Below, piece by piece: positions 39,810-51,242 of a stretch of DNA of 64,000 bases. The stretch lies in the NCBI RefSeq assembly GCF_963921235.1, contig NC_086119.1, positions 13,826,001 through 13,890,000 of the forward strand. Direction: 5' to 3'. Position 1 is the stretch's first letter. The number at the start of each line of letters is the position of its first letter. Under the pieces are notes generated by a model that was given only the letters and a program-made list of their open reading frames with translations, was not told the DNA's origin and did no database searches. This DNA comes from Mobula hypostoma (lineage: Eukaryota). A program made the translations under genes and the position numbers.

Positions 39810-40015
39810 ACACAAAATAATCTGTAGATGCCGGGATCAAAGCAACACTCACAACACACTGGAGGAACTCAGTAGGTCAGGCAGCATCCGTGGAAAAGAT
39901 CGGTCGACGTTTCTGGCCGGAACCCTCCGTCCTGACGAAGGGTTCCGGCCCAAAACGTCGACCGATCTTTTCCACGGATGCTGCCCGACCTGCTGAGTTC
40001 CTCCAGCGTGTTGTC
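39810..40015. mobile_element. Miniature palindromic PLE-end element
   Basis: About 85-bp inverted arms joined at a hammerhead-like core; TSD agcaattgagtga / agcaaatgagtga (39797-39809 / 40016-40028). Confidence 0.85.
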
Positions 40016-41407
40016 AGCAAATGAGTGAGGAGTCTGTATTTCTGATCCAAAGGACTTCCTACAGTTCTATGGATGGAACTCTGTTCTGACAGTGACTGAT
40101 GAAATTGGCCATACTTTCTCTCAGGTATGAATCACGAGAAAATTAAATTAGGCTTCATTTACTGGCATTCTGATCTTTGGAGTTTTCTATACCAGGATAT
40201 ACAAGCTATTCTTAAACTATATTCAAGACTAAAATAAGAGATTTTGGGATAAGCCAGGAAAGCATAAAAATTCAGCACACAAAATGGAAACTAAGCATAG
40301 TTACCTAGTCTGGTTTCAACTTTAGCACTCCAAAAAGCTACAGCATTCTTTCTGCACTCTGCTTAAAGAATTTCCTCCAGTTGAATGCTTTTTTACTGCC
40401 AAAAACATCTTACGTTGTTCAAGGTCAGATGTAGCTCGCCATCTACTATTCAAGCAGTTGCAGTCCAAGCATCTGAGCCAAAATCCCTGACAGCAGGGCA
40501 AGTGAAGTCTACCTCATTGATTCCATCATGGCTATTTGGATTTATTGAGTACGCCCACAAGAAAACACATTCCAGGACTGATAATACATTTACTCTGAAC
40601 TTTGGAGTGTGGTGCTACCAGAGGAACCTCCTTCGGAATGAGGTATTGAACTCATGTGTTTTATCCAAGGATCGCCACCTTGTGGAGAGGTTTGTGAGTT
40701 CCTGAGAGCGACACCATCTGGAGTTTAGCCACCTAGCTCTTTGTAGAATCAACCATGGCATCAGGGGGGAGGTTCCAGACAAAATTTGATCCAACCAAGA
40801 TCTCAACGGCAGAGCTGGTGGAAGACGATGTCACAGCACAGCAGCAGTGAAGGGTCCCCAGTCGTCTTGCATTCTATGCCACTGGACCCCCACGCCGATC
40901 TGTTAAGTGGCCGCCCGTACATCAGCCTCCCCATGTTTAACAAAGTCACACACAGCCGTTCTCCATTAAATGAATCCACACTACCAAACGGGATCCTGGA
41001 TCGGTCTCTACAGCCACCTGAGGACCAACCTTAGAACATCACACCCGATTAGAATGATTGCACTATTACTAAGCTCCATTGGGGCATAAAGGATGGAGAC
41101 CACAATAAGACGGAGTCTGGAGGAAAATAAAACAAGCTGCAGGAGGAACTCAGCGGATCTGTAGTGGGAAACAACCAATCGACCCTTCATCTGGACTGGC
41201 AGACCAGAAATGACAATTACCCATGTTTCTCTACAGATGCTGCCTGACATCTTAGTTCCCCCAGCAACTCATTTATTGATAGGGCACAAGAGATCCTACA
41301 TAAGTATTTACAAGAATAACAAGAGAAGATAGTCAATACAGGTTGACCTTCACTAATCCAACTACCTGTAATCCAGCAGGCCAGGCAGCATCTGTAGGAA
41401 GAGGTGC

Positions 41408-41443
41408 AGTCGACGTTTCAGGCCGAGACCCTTCGTCAGGACT
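41408..41443 (-). ncRNA. Minimal hammerhead ribozyme (sense to IFT20)
   Basis: Reverse complement identical to 2375-2410. Confidence 0.78.
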
Positions 41444-42518
41444 AACTGAAGGAAGAGTGAGTAAGGGATTTGAAAGTTGGAGGGTGAGGGGGAGATCCAA
41501 AATGATAGGAGAAGACAGGAGGGGGAGGGATAGAGCCAAGAGCTGGACGGGTGATAGGCAAAAGGGGATACGAGAGGATCATGGGACAGGAGGTCCGGGA
41601 AGAAAGACAAGGGGCGGGGGGGACCCAGAGGATGGGCAAGAGGTATATTCAGAGGGACAGAGGGAGAAAAAGGAGAGTGAGAGAAAGAATGTGTGCATAA
41701 AAATGAGTAACAGATGGGGTACGAGGGGGAGGTGGGGCCTTAGCAGAAGTTAGAGAAGTCGATGTTCATGCCATCAGGTTGGAGGCTACCCTCTCGGAAT
41801 ATAAGGTGTTGTTCCTCCAACCTGAGTGTGGCTTCATCTTTACAGTAGAGGAGGCCGTGGATGGACATGTCAGAATGGGAATGGGATGTGGAATTAAAAT
41901 GTGTGGTCACTGGGAGATCCTGCTTTCTCTGGCGGACAGAGCGTAGATGTTCAGCAAAGCGGTCTCCCAGTCTGGGATCGGCAACGACGCAGACTGGGAG
42001 ACCGCTTTGCTGAACATCTACGCTCTGTCCGCCAGAGAAAGCAGGATCTCCCAGTGGCCACATATTTTAATTCCACATCCCATTCCCATTCTGACATGTC
42101 CAACCACGGCCTCTTCTACTGTAAAGATGAAGCCACACTCAGGTTGGAGGAACAACACCTTATATTCCGAGAGGGTAGCCTCCAACCTGATGGCATGAAT
42201 ATCGACTTCTCTAACTTCTGCTAAGGCCCCACCTCCCCCTCGTACCCCATCTGTTACTCATTTTTATGCACACATTCTTTCTCTCACTCTCCTTTTTCTC
42301 CCTCTGTCCCTCTGAATATACCTCTTGCCCATCCTCTGGGTCCCCCCCCCCTTGTCTTTCTTCCCGGACCTCCTGTCCCATGATCCTCTCGTATCCCCTT
42401 TTGCCTATCACCCGTCCAGCTCTTGGCTCTATCCCTCCCCCTCCTGTCTTCTCCTATCATTTTGGATCTCCCCCTCCCCCTCCAACTTTCAAATCCCTTA
42501 CTCACTCTTCCTTCAGTT

Positions 42519-42554
42519 AGTCCTGACGAAGGGTCTCGGCCTGAAACGTCGACT
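42519..42554 (+). ncRNA. Minimal hammerhead ribozyme
   Basis: Identical to 2375-2410. Confidence 0.78.
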
Positions 42555-42969
42555 GCACCTCTTCCTACAGATGCTGCCTGGCCTGCTGCGTTCACCAGCA
42601 ACTTTGATGTGTGTTGCTTGAATTTCCAGCATCTGCAGAATTCCTGTTGTTTACCTGTAATCCAGCACCGATTATGTTTAATGTGATCCTTATGTAATTC
42701 GGCATTCCCACTAATCCGGCACTCCTCAGGTCCCAATGGTGCCGGATTAGTGAAGGTCGACCTGTACCAATGTTTATCTTTCAATCATCATTATCCCAAA
42801 GAGTGCTGATAAAGTCCCTACAGAGCTATCCCCTCCTTCCTCACTGATCCAACAACACCTTTGGGATGTCCTGAGGTAGTCCCACAAAGATGTGCACCTC
42901 TCCACTCTAAAGCGGTAACCCGCCTTCCATATGGTAACCAGTAACGGCCCGCTCTTCCCCAATACCTAC

Positions 42970-43090
42970 TTTCCACAAAGTCCCGGCACTCTTCTTTCAG
43001 CTCTATCGTGCTTTGGGCTACCTCCGGGTCCAGGACCCTCAGTTTGTTCAGTTCGTCAAAGTGAAGCCCGGCCTCCCCCAGCGCTTCCAT
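42970..43090 (-). CDS. IFT20: IFT20 coding exon 1
   Basis: gcgATGG; [40 protein letters not shown]+A (121 nt); donor gtaggt; matches the IFT20 N-terminus. Confidence 0.96.
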
Positions 43091-43580
43091 CGCCCCCGGT
43101 GAAACTCTGCCACCAGCCTCCGGCGACCGCTGCCACGGCGACGACGGGGCCCCGAATCCCGGCTGACGTCACCCGCCGCGCATGCGCAACCCCGCCTATT
43201 GTGCCCCCAATTTTATTTGCACTTTACTATCCGCTCGTCACGGGCTCGGGGAAAGTGGCAGCCACATTCTCGACACTGACTTTACTCCAACACTTTAATA
43301 CTTTACTCCCAGAAAAAAAGGACACCAACAACCCTAAACTTGTCTTTCAACAGCTCGTTACAAAGCACTAGTTTAGTTAAATAAAATCCTTCTCATTGAA
43401 CCTTATTCCTCACGGAGGGAAGTATTTTTTCCTGGAAATCCCCTCCACAAAAGTAAATAATTGAAGGGGCTTGAGGGGAGTTGTACGCATGCGCGATTTG
43501 GCAGCCAAGGGCGGGAGGATGCGCGGCGCGCAGGCGCAGTGACGGCTGCTATAAAGGTCGTTCCGGTGCGGCGGGCCGTG
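43091..43580. promoter_or_regulatory. IFT20/TNFAIP1 bidirectional CpG promoter
   Basis: Head-to-head genes; X-box-like GCTGCCACGGCGAC 43129-43142, CRE TGACGTCA 43164-43171, NRF1 GCGCATGCGC 43178-43187, GC box ~43190, second NRF1-like site ~43485, TATAAA 43550-43555, ETS-like TTCCGG 43561. Confidence 0.8.
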
Positions 43581-43636
43581 ACCATGGTGGTGCCGTCGGA
43601 GGGGGCCGGAGCTCCCAGTGGGAGGTGAAGGAGCCG
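43560..43636 (+). other. TNFAIP1: Probable TNFAIP1 non-coding exon 1 (5' boundary uncertain)
   Basis: GC-rich segment after the TATA/ETS motifs ending in a consensus donor CCG|GTGAGT at 43637; the first coding exon has a splice acceptor, so an upstream exon is required. Confidence 0.6.
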
Positions 43637-45587
43637 GTGAGTGGGCAGCGCCGACCGCAGGCTCGGTCCTGCTCCAGGTATGGGGGCTTGGGCCTGCTGA
43701 GGACGATTCAGTTAGGTGGATGAGCTGACTGGTGCAATACTTGAGGGGTGGAACGCGTCACCCACGCATGTTGCTTCACAGGCAGGCTTACCTTTCTGTA
43801 GCGGCTTTAACATCTCTCCCAGGCTCTTATAACCTGGTTCTGATATGTGCTTCACATTTTGTGTACAGTGAAATCCCAGAAACGACGGTTTGCCAATCAC
43901 CTGTTGATGTTTTGTTTTGCTTTGGGTTTGGGGATAAGTAGGAGATCTTCCCACTCTTCATAATATTAATATTTTTGCCTGAACTTTTACCTGTGGAAAA
44001 AAAGACTAGTTCTCAGATGAAAAGAAACTCTTCAGCCTTGCTTTAATTTCTCAGGGCAGCACCAGTGTCAAGGTAGACATTTGTGCTCGAGTTCACATTG
44101 TGCCTTTAAACAACACACAAATGCTGGAGGGGAATCAGCAAATCAGGCAGCATCTATGGAGGGAAATTAACAGTCGATGTTTAGAGCGGAGGTCCTGATG
44201 TTGCTCGAGATTTTCAGCATCTGCAGAATTTCTTCTACACTTAAAAACAACTTATTGACTTTGCAAGAGAACAGCTGCTGCTTAAAACAAGAGATCTACT
44301 GAGTATCTGAAGCAATAATACAGATGCATTTAAGGGGAGATTGGGTATGTAGAATGGAAAAGTGAGTGATGTGTTATGTTGATGGATTTAAATATAGAAA
44401 AGTAGAATAGACTACAGGATTGGTTAGAATGAAAGGACAATTACTGGATATCTAACATTCTCCTATTTCCAATCCATTGCAGCCAAAAATTACTCTATTT
44501 AGAACAGTTGAAAGGTAGTAATTCATTATTTTCAATTGGAAATTACTTGTTAAATGCAGAATGAACCTGAATACTTCAAGGTTGGATGAATCAACAGGCC
44601 AATATTACATTCTCCAACAAAGGACCTAATTATTGCACAGTTAGAGACAGACTTGGCTAACGGATAGACTATAAGGAGTAATGGTTCTGAACTTGTAGAC
44701 CTTGGATTGCAAGCGTTTCTGCTTCATCACTAACAAAAAAAATTCTTGATTTTTTTTTATTATTGACTCTGCAGGATGTCTCTAAGATTGTTGAAATTTA
44801 ACTACTGTTTTGAGTCGACTGACTAGCAGAGATCATAGAGTTGAGATAAATTTGTTGCTTTAGTTTTGGCCATCAGAAGCTAATGGAAATGCCATAAAGG
44901 TCAGTAATTGGGCCCTTGGCTCCCAGGTACTCACATCTCCATCGTCCTCTTAAGTCGATGGTATGTTTTGAGGTCATCAATGCTTCTGCAATCCATTGCA
45001 TCCACTGAACAGGGGATTGGCCTATACAACTTCTCCAGAGCCCTGTTGGCTGACCTTGCCTGTTTCCACTTCTCATGACAGGGATGTAGGGTTGGAATGA
45101 GAGGCAAAGATCAGTACAGGGGTTTCAACCTGTATTAAGGACTTGGATGCATGGTGCACTTAGCTGATGGAGCTGCAGCCTCACAGCACCAGATATGCAC
45201 GTTCAGTCCAAATCTTGGGTGCCATGTATTCTTCATGCGAAGGTTTTCTTCTGACTTCCTCTTGTATCCCAGCGTAGTGTAGATTGGTATGTTAACCGAC
45301 CATTTTAAATTTCCCCTGGTGTTAGGTGAGTAGTAGAACCTGATGTGGGTGTTGATGAGAATGTGGAGAGAACAAAAAAGTAATGTCTAATTAGAAATGG
45401 ATGATAGATGGTCAGCACGGACTTGGTGGTCTGAAAGGCTTGTTCCCTGCTGTATTACTCAATGAAGAGAAGAAGTGTACTGCAGGCATGTTTTCTGATT
45501 TAAAAAGTTATGTTGTGAAAATAAATTGTTAGCAAGTTTTGATGGTCATGGCCAGAGACAAGGATCCGATTGATTAACGCACAGTTA

Positions 45588-45863
45588 TATAATATATAAT
45601 GTAGGTCTCATCCGGAATTTTTCCGGGTAGCAGGCGACTTCTTCCCACGCCATTCTGACGTAGTTAGAACTTGCGTACGCGGCAAGTTACAGCAGTGGTT
45701 TGTCATTGCCTTCTGCCGGGTGAGTGTTTTTTTTTCAAAGAGATCACCAGCTCTTAACCCCGCACAGATGGAAAGCGTGCCGGGGGAGCCGGCTGGGTTC
45801 GAACTTCGGAACCTCCGCCCCGCAGTCCAGCGCTGATGCCACTACGCCACCAGCCGGCTTTAT
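45588..45863 (-). mobile_element. Young tRNA-derived SINE with RTE-like tail
   Basis: Minus-strand head gccggctggtggcgtagtgg...gttcgaaccc (A and B boxes); TSD cgcacagtta (45578-45587 / 45864-45873); CpGs retained. Confidence 0.82.
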
Positions 45864-47893
45864 CGCACAGTTACAACAAGTAATTGGGAAGGCTGATGGA
45901 ATGTTGGACTTTATTGTAAGGATATAAAATATGTAATAGGTAAGTTTTAATATAACTCTACAAGGCAGTGGTGGGACTACACCTGGAGAGCTATGTATTG
46001 TTTTGGTCTCTTTTTAAAGAATAATGTTCGCCATTTTTAAATTTTCACTATGGTTCTTCCTGGGATCAAGTTTAAAACATGAAGAGAGGTTGAGCAGAGG
46101 TTTTTGGGACTATAGTCATTTGAACTTATGAAAGTGACATCTCATTAAGGCAAGCAAGATTGAGAAGGTTTGACAGAGTGGGCATTAAGATGTTCCCCCT
46201 GGTGGGGTTACCTCCAACTAGATGGCATTGATTCAGAGAAGAAGTTACTCATTTAAGGAGATGAGGAATTTCTTGGATTACTTGGAGTGGAGATTCTCAG
46301 ACATTTGAACTACAATGCACCTGAGCAGTAGAGGGAAAGTGCTATTGAAAACGGATTTGGATCAACCATTAACTTGAATATTGCTGCAAACTTGAGGGGC
46401 AGATTGACCTTCTCCTGCTTACTCTAGGTATAAGATGACCAAACTCTAAACTCTACTGTTAGAATTGTCATCTTCCAAATGAGAGATTAAACTGGACTCT
46501 ACTAGGCTCTAATACAAAAGTCCCATTGTTCCTGAGTTGACTCATCTACACCCATCCCATTTCAATCATTCCTTATTATATGGGTAACATAATACTGTTC
46601 CTTCTGTGAAGAATTTAGTAATTTTAGTGCAGCTGGCTCAAAGTTTGGGTAGATAGTATTTGAAATGGTGATACTTGCATGCAAGTTCTCAAGTTTTGGA
46701 TTGATGTTTGGGAAATGCAGCATGTCTATCAAAATGAAAATTCTGAAGGTTTGCCAAGTGTAACAAAATGGACAGTTCATTTCATGGGTGGATTAATGTT
46801 TAAAGGCCTGAGGGGATAATGTTTTGCTGAATGCGTAAGCTAAGAATGTAAAGTATCTGATTCAATGTGATTCAGATCCAGCGTGATCCTTTAGTATGAT
46901 GTTTGGATTATCTTGTTTTCAGAATCATTTATTATCATTGATAATATGACATGAAATGTTCTGCAGCACCGTATAGTGCAAAGACAAATCTATAAATTAC
47001 GAAATTCAAAAAGTTTGCTTTCATTTTGCCCTCAAGATTCATTCCAAGTATCAATAAATTCAAATTTGTATGGTGTTAATGTACCAGGATGCTTCACAGG
47101 TTCGTAGTCAGACAGAAAGTAACATCCAACGTGTGGGTGATGTGGGAAGAAAGATCAAAAGTTTGGACAAAGATGAAGGTTTTAGGAATTAGAAGGTTGG
47201 GAGAGTATGCTTTAGGCATATGACTATACTTGTAGTAAAATCTCTCAAATTAACAAATCTCATGACACATACCAGTTAGAATAAACCTGGTTCTGATTCT
47301 AATGTTTTGGTTCAAAGGAGGAGCATACATGAAGCAAAATTAGGAGATAAGGGAAAGATGCATACATGGAGGGCATTGGAGATGGGACATATAAGGCCAC
47401 ATTCAAAGTCCATTGTGCATTTTTGCAATTTTGTTAGACTGAGTCACTATGTGTTTTCTATTGCTCGAGGGGCTCTGTGTAGAGCTATTCATTACACTTA
47501 GCACATAGCAAAAATCTGATCTAAACTAGGCGGCTTTTGAAAAATTCTTTTAACCCACTGATTTCTACCACCAGTGAACTGATTTTTTTTTCGAATGCAG
47601 TGCAACAAGATGAAATGAGGCATAGATTAAATGGAGAGCCATTTTTTCCCCTAGGTGGAAATGGCTAATACAAGGGGGATTTTAAAGTGATTGAAGGAAA
47701 GTCTAGGGGGATGTCAGAGGTAAAAAGCTTTTTACACAGTAGGTGTGTAGAAGGCCTTGTTAGGGGTGATGGTAGAGACAAATACATAAGGGACATTTAA
47801 GCGGTTCTTGGATAGACACATGGATGAAAGAAAATTTGGGACAGAAGAGTTAGATTGGTCTTAGAGTAGGTTATAAGGTCAGAACTTTGTACT

Positions 47894-48067
47894 CACAAAA
47901 TAATCTGCAGATGCTGGGGTCAAAGCAACACTCACAACACGCTGGAGGAACTCAGCAGGCCGGGCAGCATCCGTGGAAAAGATCGGTTGACGTTCTGGCC
48001 CGAAATGTCGACCAATCTTTTCCACGGATGCTGCCCGGCCTGCTGAGTTCCTCCAGCGTGTTGTGAG
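47894..48067. mobile_element. Miniature palindromic PLE-end element inside a CR1 3' tail (~47610-48100)
   Basis: Same family as 39810-40015; perfect 14-bp TSD cagaactttgtact (47880-47893 / 48068-48081). Confidence 0.9.
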
Positions 48068-49819
48068 CAGAACTTTGTACTGTAGTGTTCTGTGTTCTAT
48101 GTAACACTGCATGTCATACAAGTGAACATGGCTTCCAACCATTACAATTGCAGGGGACTTATTTTTGTTAGGGACAATGGAAGTTCCTCATCTGTAACTT
48201 CCAGAATTGGTGCACATCAGCTGATGCTTGTAATTTGTTATTCATTTGAAGTGGACCAGTCAGTCAGTAAGCATTACTAATTGTGCAGAAAAAGAATCTC
48301 GGTTGGTATATGGTGACATAAATGTACTTTGAAATTAAATTCTTTGAATTCGAAGGACTTGCTGGGATGCTAGACGAACTTGTTACTGAGAGTAAAGATC
48401 AGTGAATATAACATTCCTCTTCCTGTTTGCCTTTCTAGGAAGTGCTTTGTTCTTTAAATTAGCCACCATGCATCTCAGTCAGGAAGATGATAATATCAAA
48501 GCATCCAAGTTCCTACAATGGTATTCGGAAATGTGTGCCAGCTCTGTAGCTGAGGGTGGGAATGTGGACAAGTGTGCATCTGGAGTGCAGTGGAAGTGGT
48601 GCCATGTGTGAGATCAGGGTCAGGAACATGAAACTGGGTGGAGATGGGTGGGAGAGACAGAAACAAGGAAGGAAGCAATGGTTATAATGGGATTCGAAGG
48701 TACTCAAGCCAGCAGCAGTGTTCTATGATAACCTTGGATAACTTGCCAAGAAATTTTCTAGTATTTAAAAAAAAAATGCCCATCATCCATATAACAACTG
48801 CTTCAGCATTTTGGTACAGATGTATGCCATTTCATCAATTTTGCCCTCTTTGAAGCATCTGGTTTTCAAATAGGACTTGCCATATCTTCACAGATGTGTG
48901 GCCCTTCAGATTACTATACTGTATCAAAGTGACAACTTAATGATAGATGGGGTGCTCCTACTGCTACATAGGAATCAGACCTTTTCTTAAAATGTGGGCA
49001 ATTCCATGACTGGCAGAGACATTGGACTTCCAACATGGACCATGTCTCGGTATATTTAAAGCAGAGGTTGTCAGGTACTTAGCAGGAACATCAAAGGTTA
49101 TGAGGAGAAGGTAGGAGGACGGGGTTAGAAGGAAAATAAATCGGCAATGATTGAATGGCAGAGCAGACTCTCCCATATAACCCCCCATTTTTTTCTTTCA
49201 TTCATGAGCCTATCTAAGAGTGTCTTAAATGTCCGTAATATATCTGCCACTACCACCACTCCTGGCAAGGAGTTCCATGCACCCACCACCCACTGAGTGC
49301 TGGAAATGATGAGGCCTCCATTGACCATGGATGCTGCATTCTAGCTGTCCAGATATACAAGCCTGAACAGTGCATTATGGAGAGCAAGCTGTTGCCCATG
49401 TAGCAAGCTCCCCATCTCCATGCTTCTGACGAACCCAAAGGAACGGTCTGCATTGAACTCCAATTGCCTTAGGAACTTCAACTCTGGATTTTTACCTCTG
49501 GGTTTACTTCCAATCCTTCTCCATGAGTAGGTATAGCCGCAAGGCAGCAGAGGTTTGAGATCAGAGTTTTCCTTCTAGGTGAGCTGCCAACCATGACTGA
49601 CGAGCCCTATCTGCCCAAAGTGACTGGTTTTAGGGTGCCACTGTTGCCCTTCTCCTGCCAGTAGAAATGGTTCTGCCGGGTTTAGTAGCTAAGCCGCACA
49701 TGAAGGCCAGGAGCTGGGCTTGGTTGTCAGAGGCTATTTGAGCTGCATCCCACTGGGAGCATTTAATAGGTAGTGGAAGCTTATCCCTATCACCACCCCC
49801 GGCTATAACACTGTTGAGA

Positions 49820-51090
49820 AACCAGCTGGAAAAATGGGCTGAAAAAGGCAGATGGAATTTAATGCAGTCAATTTGTGAGGTGTTGCACTTTGATAGGACC
49901 AACCAGGATGGGTCTTGCATCGTGAATGGTAGGGCACTGAGCAGTGCTGTAGAACATGGGGATCTGGGAATACAGGTCCATAATTCATTGGAAGTGTCAT
50001 CTCGGTTAGATAGTCATAAAGAAAGTTCTTTGGCACATTGGCCTTCATAAATCAAAGTATCGAGTACAGAAGATGGGATGTAATGTTGAAGTTGTACAAG
50101 ATGTTGGTGAGGCCTAATTTGGAATGTTATGTGCCGTTTTGGTCACCTACCTAGAGGAACAGTGTAAATAAGGTTGAAAGAGTACAGAGAAAATTTGCAA
50201 GAATGTTGCCTGGACTGGAGGACGTGAGTTATAAAGATTGAATAGGTTAGGATTTTATTCCTCAGAATGTAGAAGATTATGAGTAGATTTGATAGAGATA
50301 TACACAACTGAGGGATATAGATGGGGGTTTTTCCACTGGTGTAGGGTGGGATTGCAACTAGAGGTCATGGGTTAAGGGTGAAAGATGAAAATTTTAAGGG
50401 AAGCATGGGAAATGTATTTGCTCAGAGGGTCATAAGAGTGGAATGAGCTGCCAACACAAGTAGTGCATGTGAGCTTGATTTCAATGTTTAAGAGAAGTTT
50501 GGGTAGGTACGTGGATGGTAGGGGTATGGACGACTCTGGTACAGGTTGATGGGAGTAGGTAGTTTAAATAGTTTGGCATGGACTAGATGGGCCAAAGGGC
50601 CTGTTCTTTTGCTGTACTTTTCTGACTCTATGGCATTTCCCCCCATTCCCCCATACTTTCCTCCAACCATCAGGACTGTAAAAGAAGGAGGAAGAATCCA
50701 GAATAAGGTGGTGTGTGTGGGGGGGGGGGCGGGTGGGAGCAGAGTACAAGCTGGAAGGATATAGGTGAAGCTACGTAGGAGTTCCGGAGGGAGAAAGTAA
50801 GAAGCTGTGAGGCGATGGCTGGAAAAGATACAGGGCTGGGAAATGATGGAATCTAATATACAAGAGTGGGCTATGATTGAAAAGGGAAGAAGGTACCAAG
50901 TGGAGGTCATAGGCAAGTGAGGCGAAGAGGTAAGGGGGGGCAGAGTGTGGAATTGAAGTGGGAAGGGGAGGGGTAAGAATTTGGAGAATTTGACGTTTAT
51001 GCCATCAGGTCGGAAGCTACCCAGACAGTATGATGTGTTGCTCCTCCAACCTGAGAATGACCTCACCGTGGCAGTAGAGGAGGCCATGAT
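49820..51090. mobile_element. CR1 3' portion (+, ~49820-50630) followed by a PLE 3' region (-, ~50665-51090)
   Basis: Decayed CR1 RT and tail motifs; LGSFRPDGINVKFS PLE C-terminus. Confidence 0.75.
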
Positions 51091-51242
51091 CCAAGCAATA
51101 TGTAATTATAGCAATTTTTAAATGTGAATTTATTTTTGATTTCTAATCATGCTTTGTGAACGTACCCTGAATTCTTGTGATGTTTTTTCAAAGGGTTCTA
51201 AGATGGTGGATTATTGTACATAGATATATTATTTATAACTAG

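Larger units (their letters stand above)
41379..42651. mobile_element. Young fold-back (palindromic) PLE insertion in IFT20 intron 1
   Basis: About 600-bp near-identical inverted arms meeting at ~41975-41984; TSD tacctgtaatccagca (41363-41378 / 42652-42667, partly microhomology); GIY-YIG C-terminus in both arms. Confidence 0.95.
41339..42764. mobile_element. Tc1/pogo(Tigger)-type MITE hosting a PLE insertion
   Basis: TA-flanked TIRs CAGGTTGACCTTCACTAATCC / GGATTAGTGAAGGTCGACCTG. Confidence 0.8.

Noticed and set aside
39810-40015. DNA-transposon MITE or conserved pre-miRNA
   Set aside because: Long TSD, unequal arms and homology to PLE termini indicate a retroelement origin; no recognisable miRNA.
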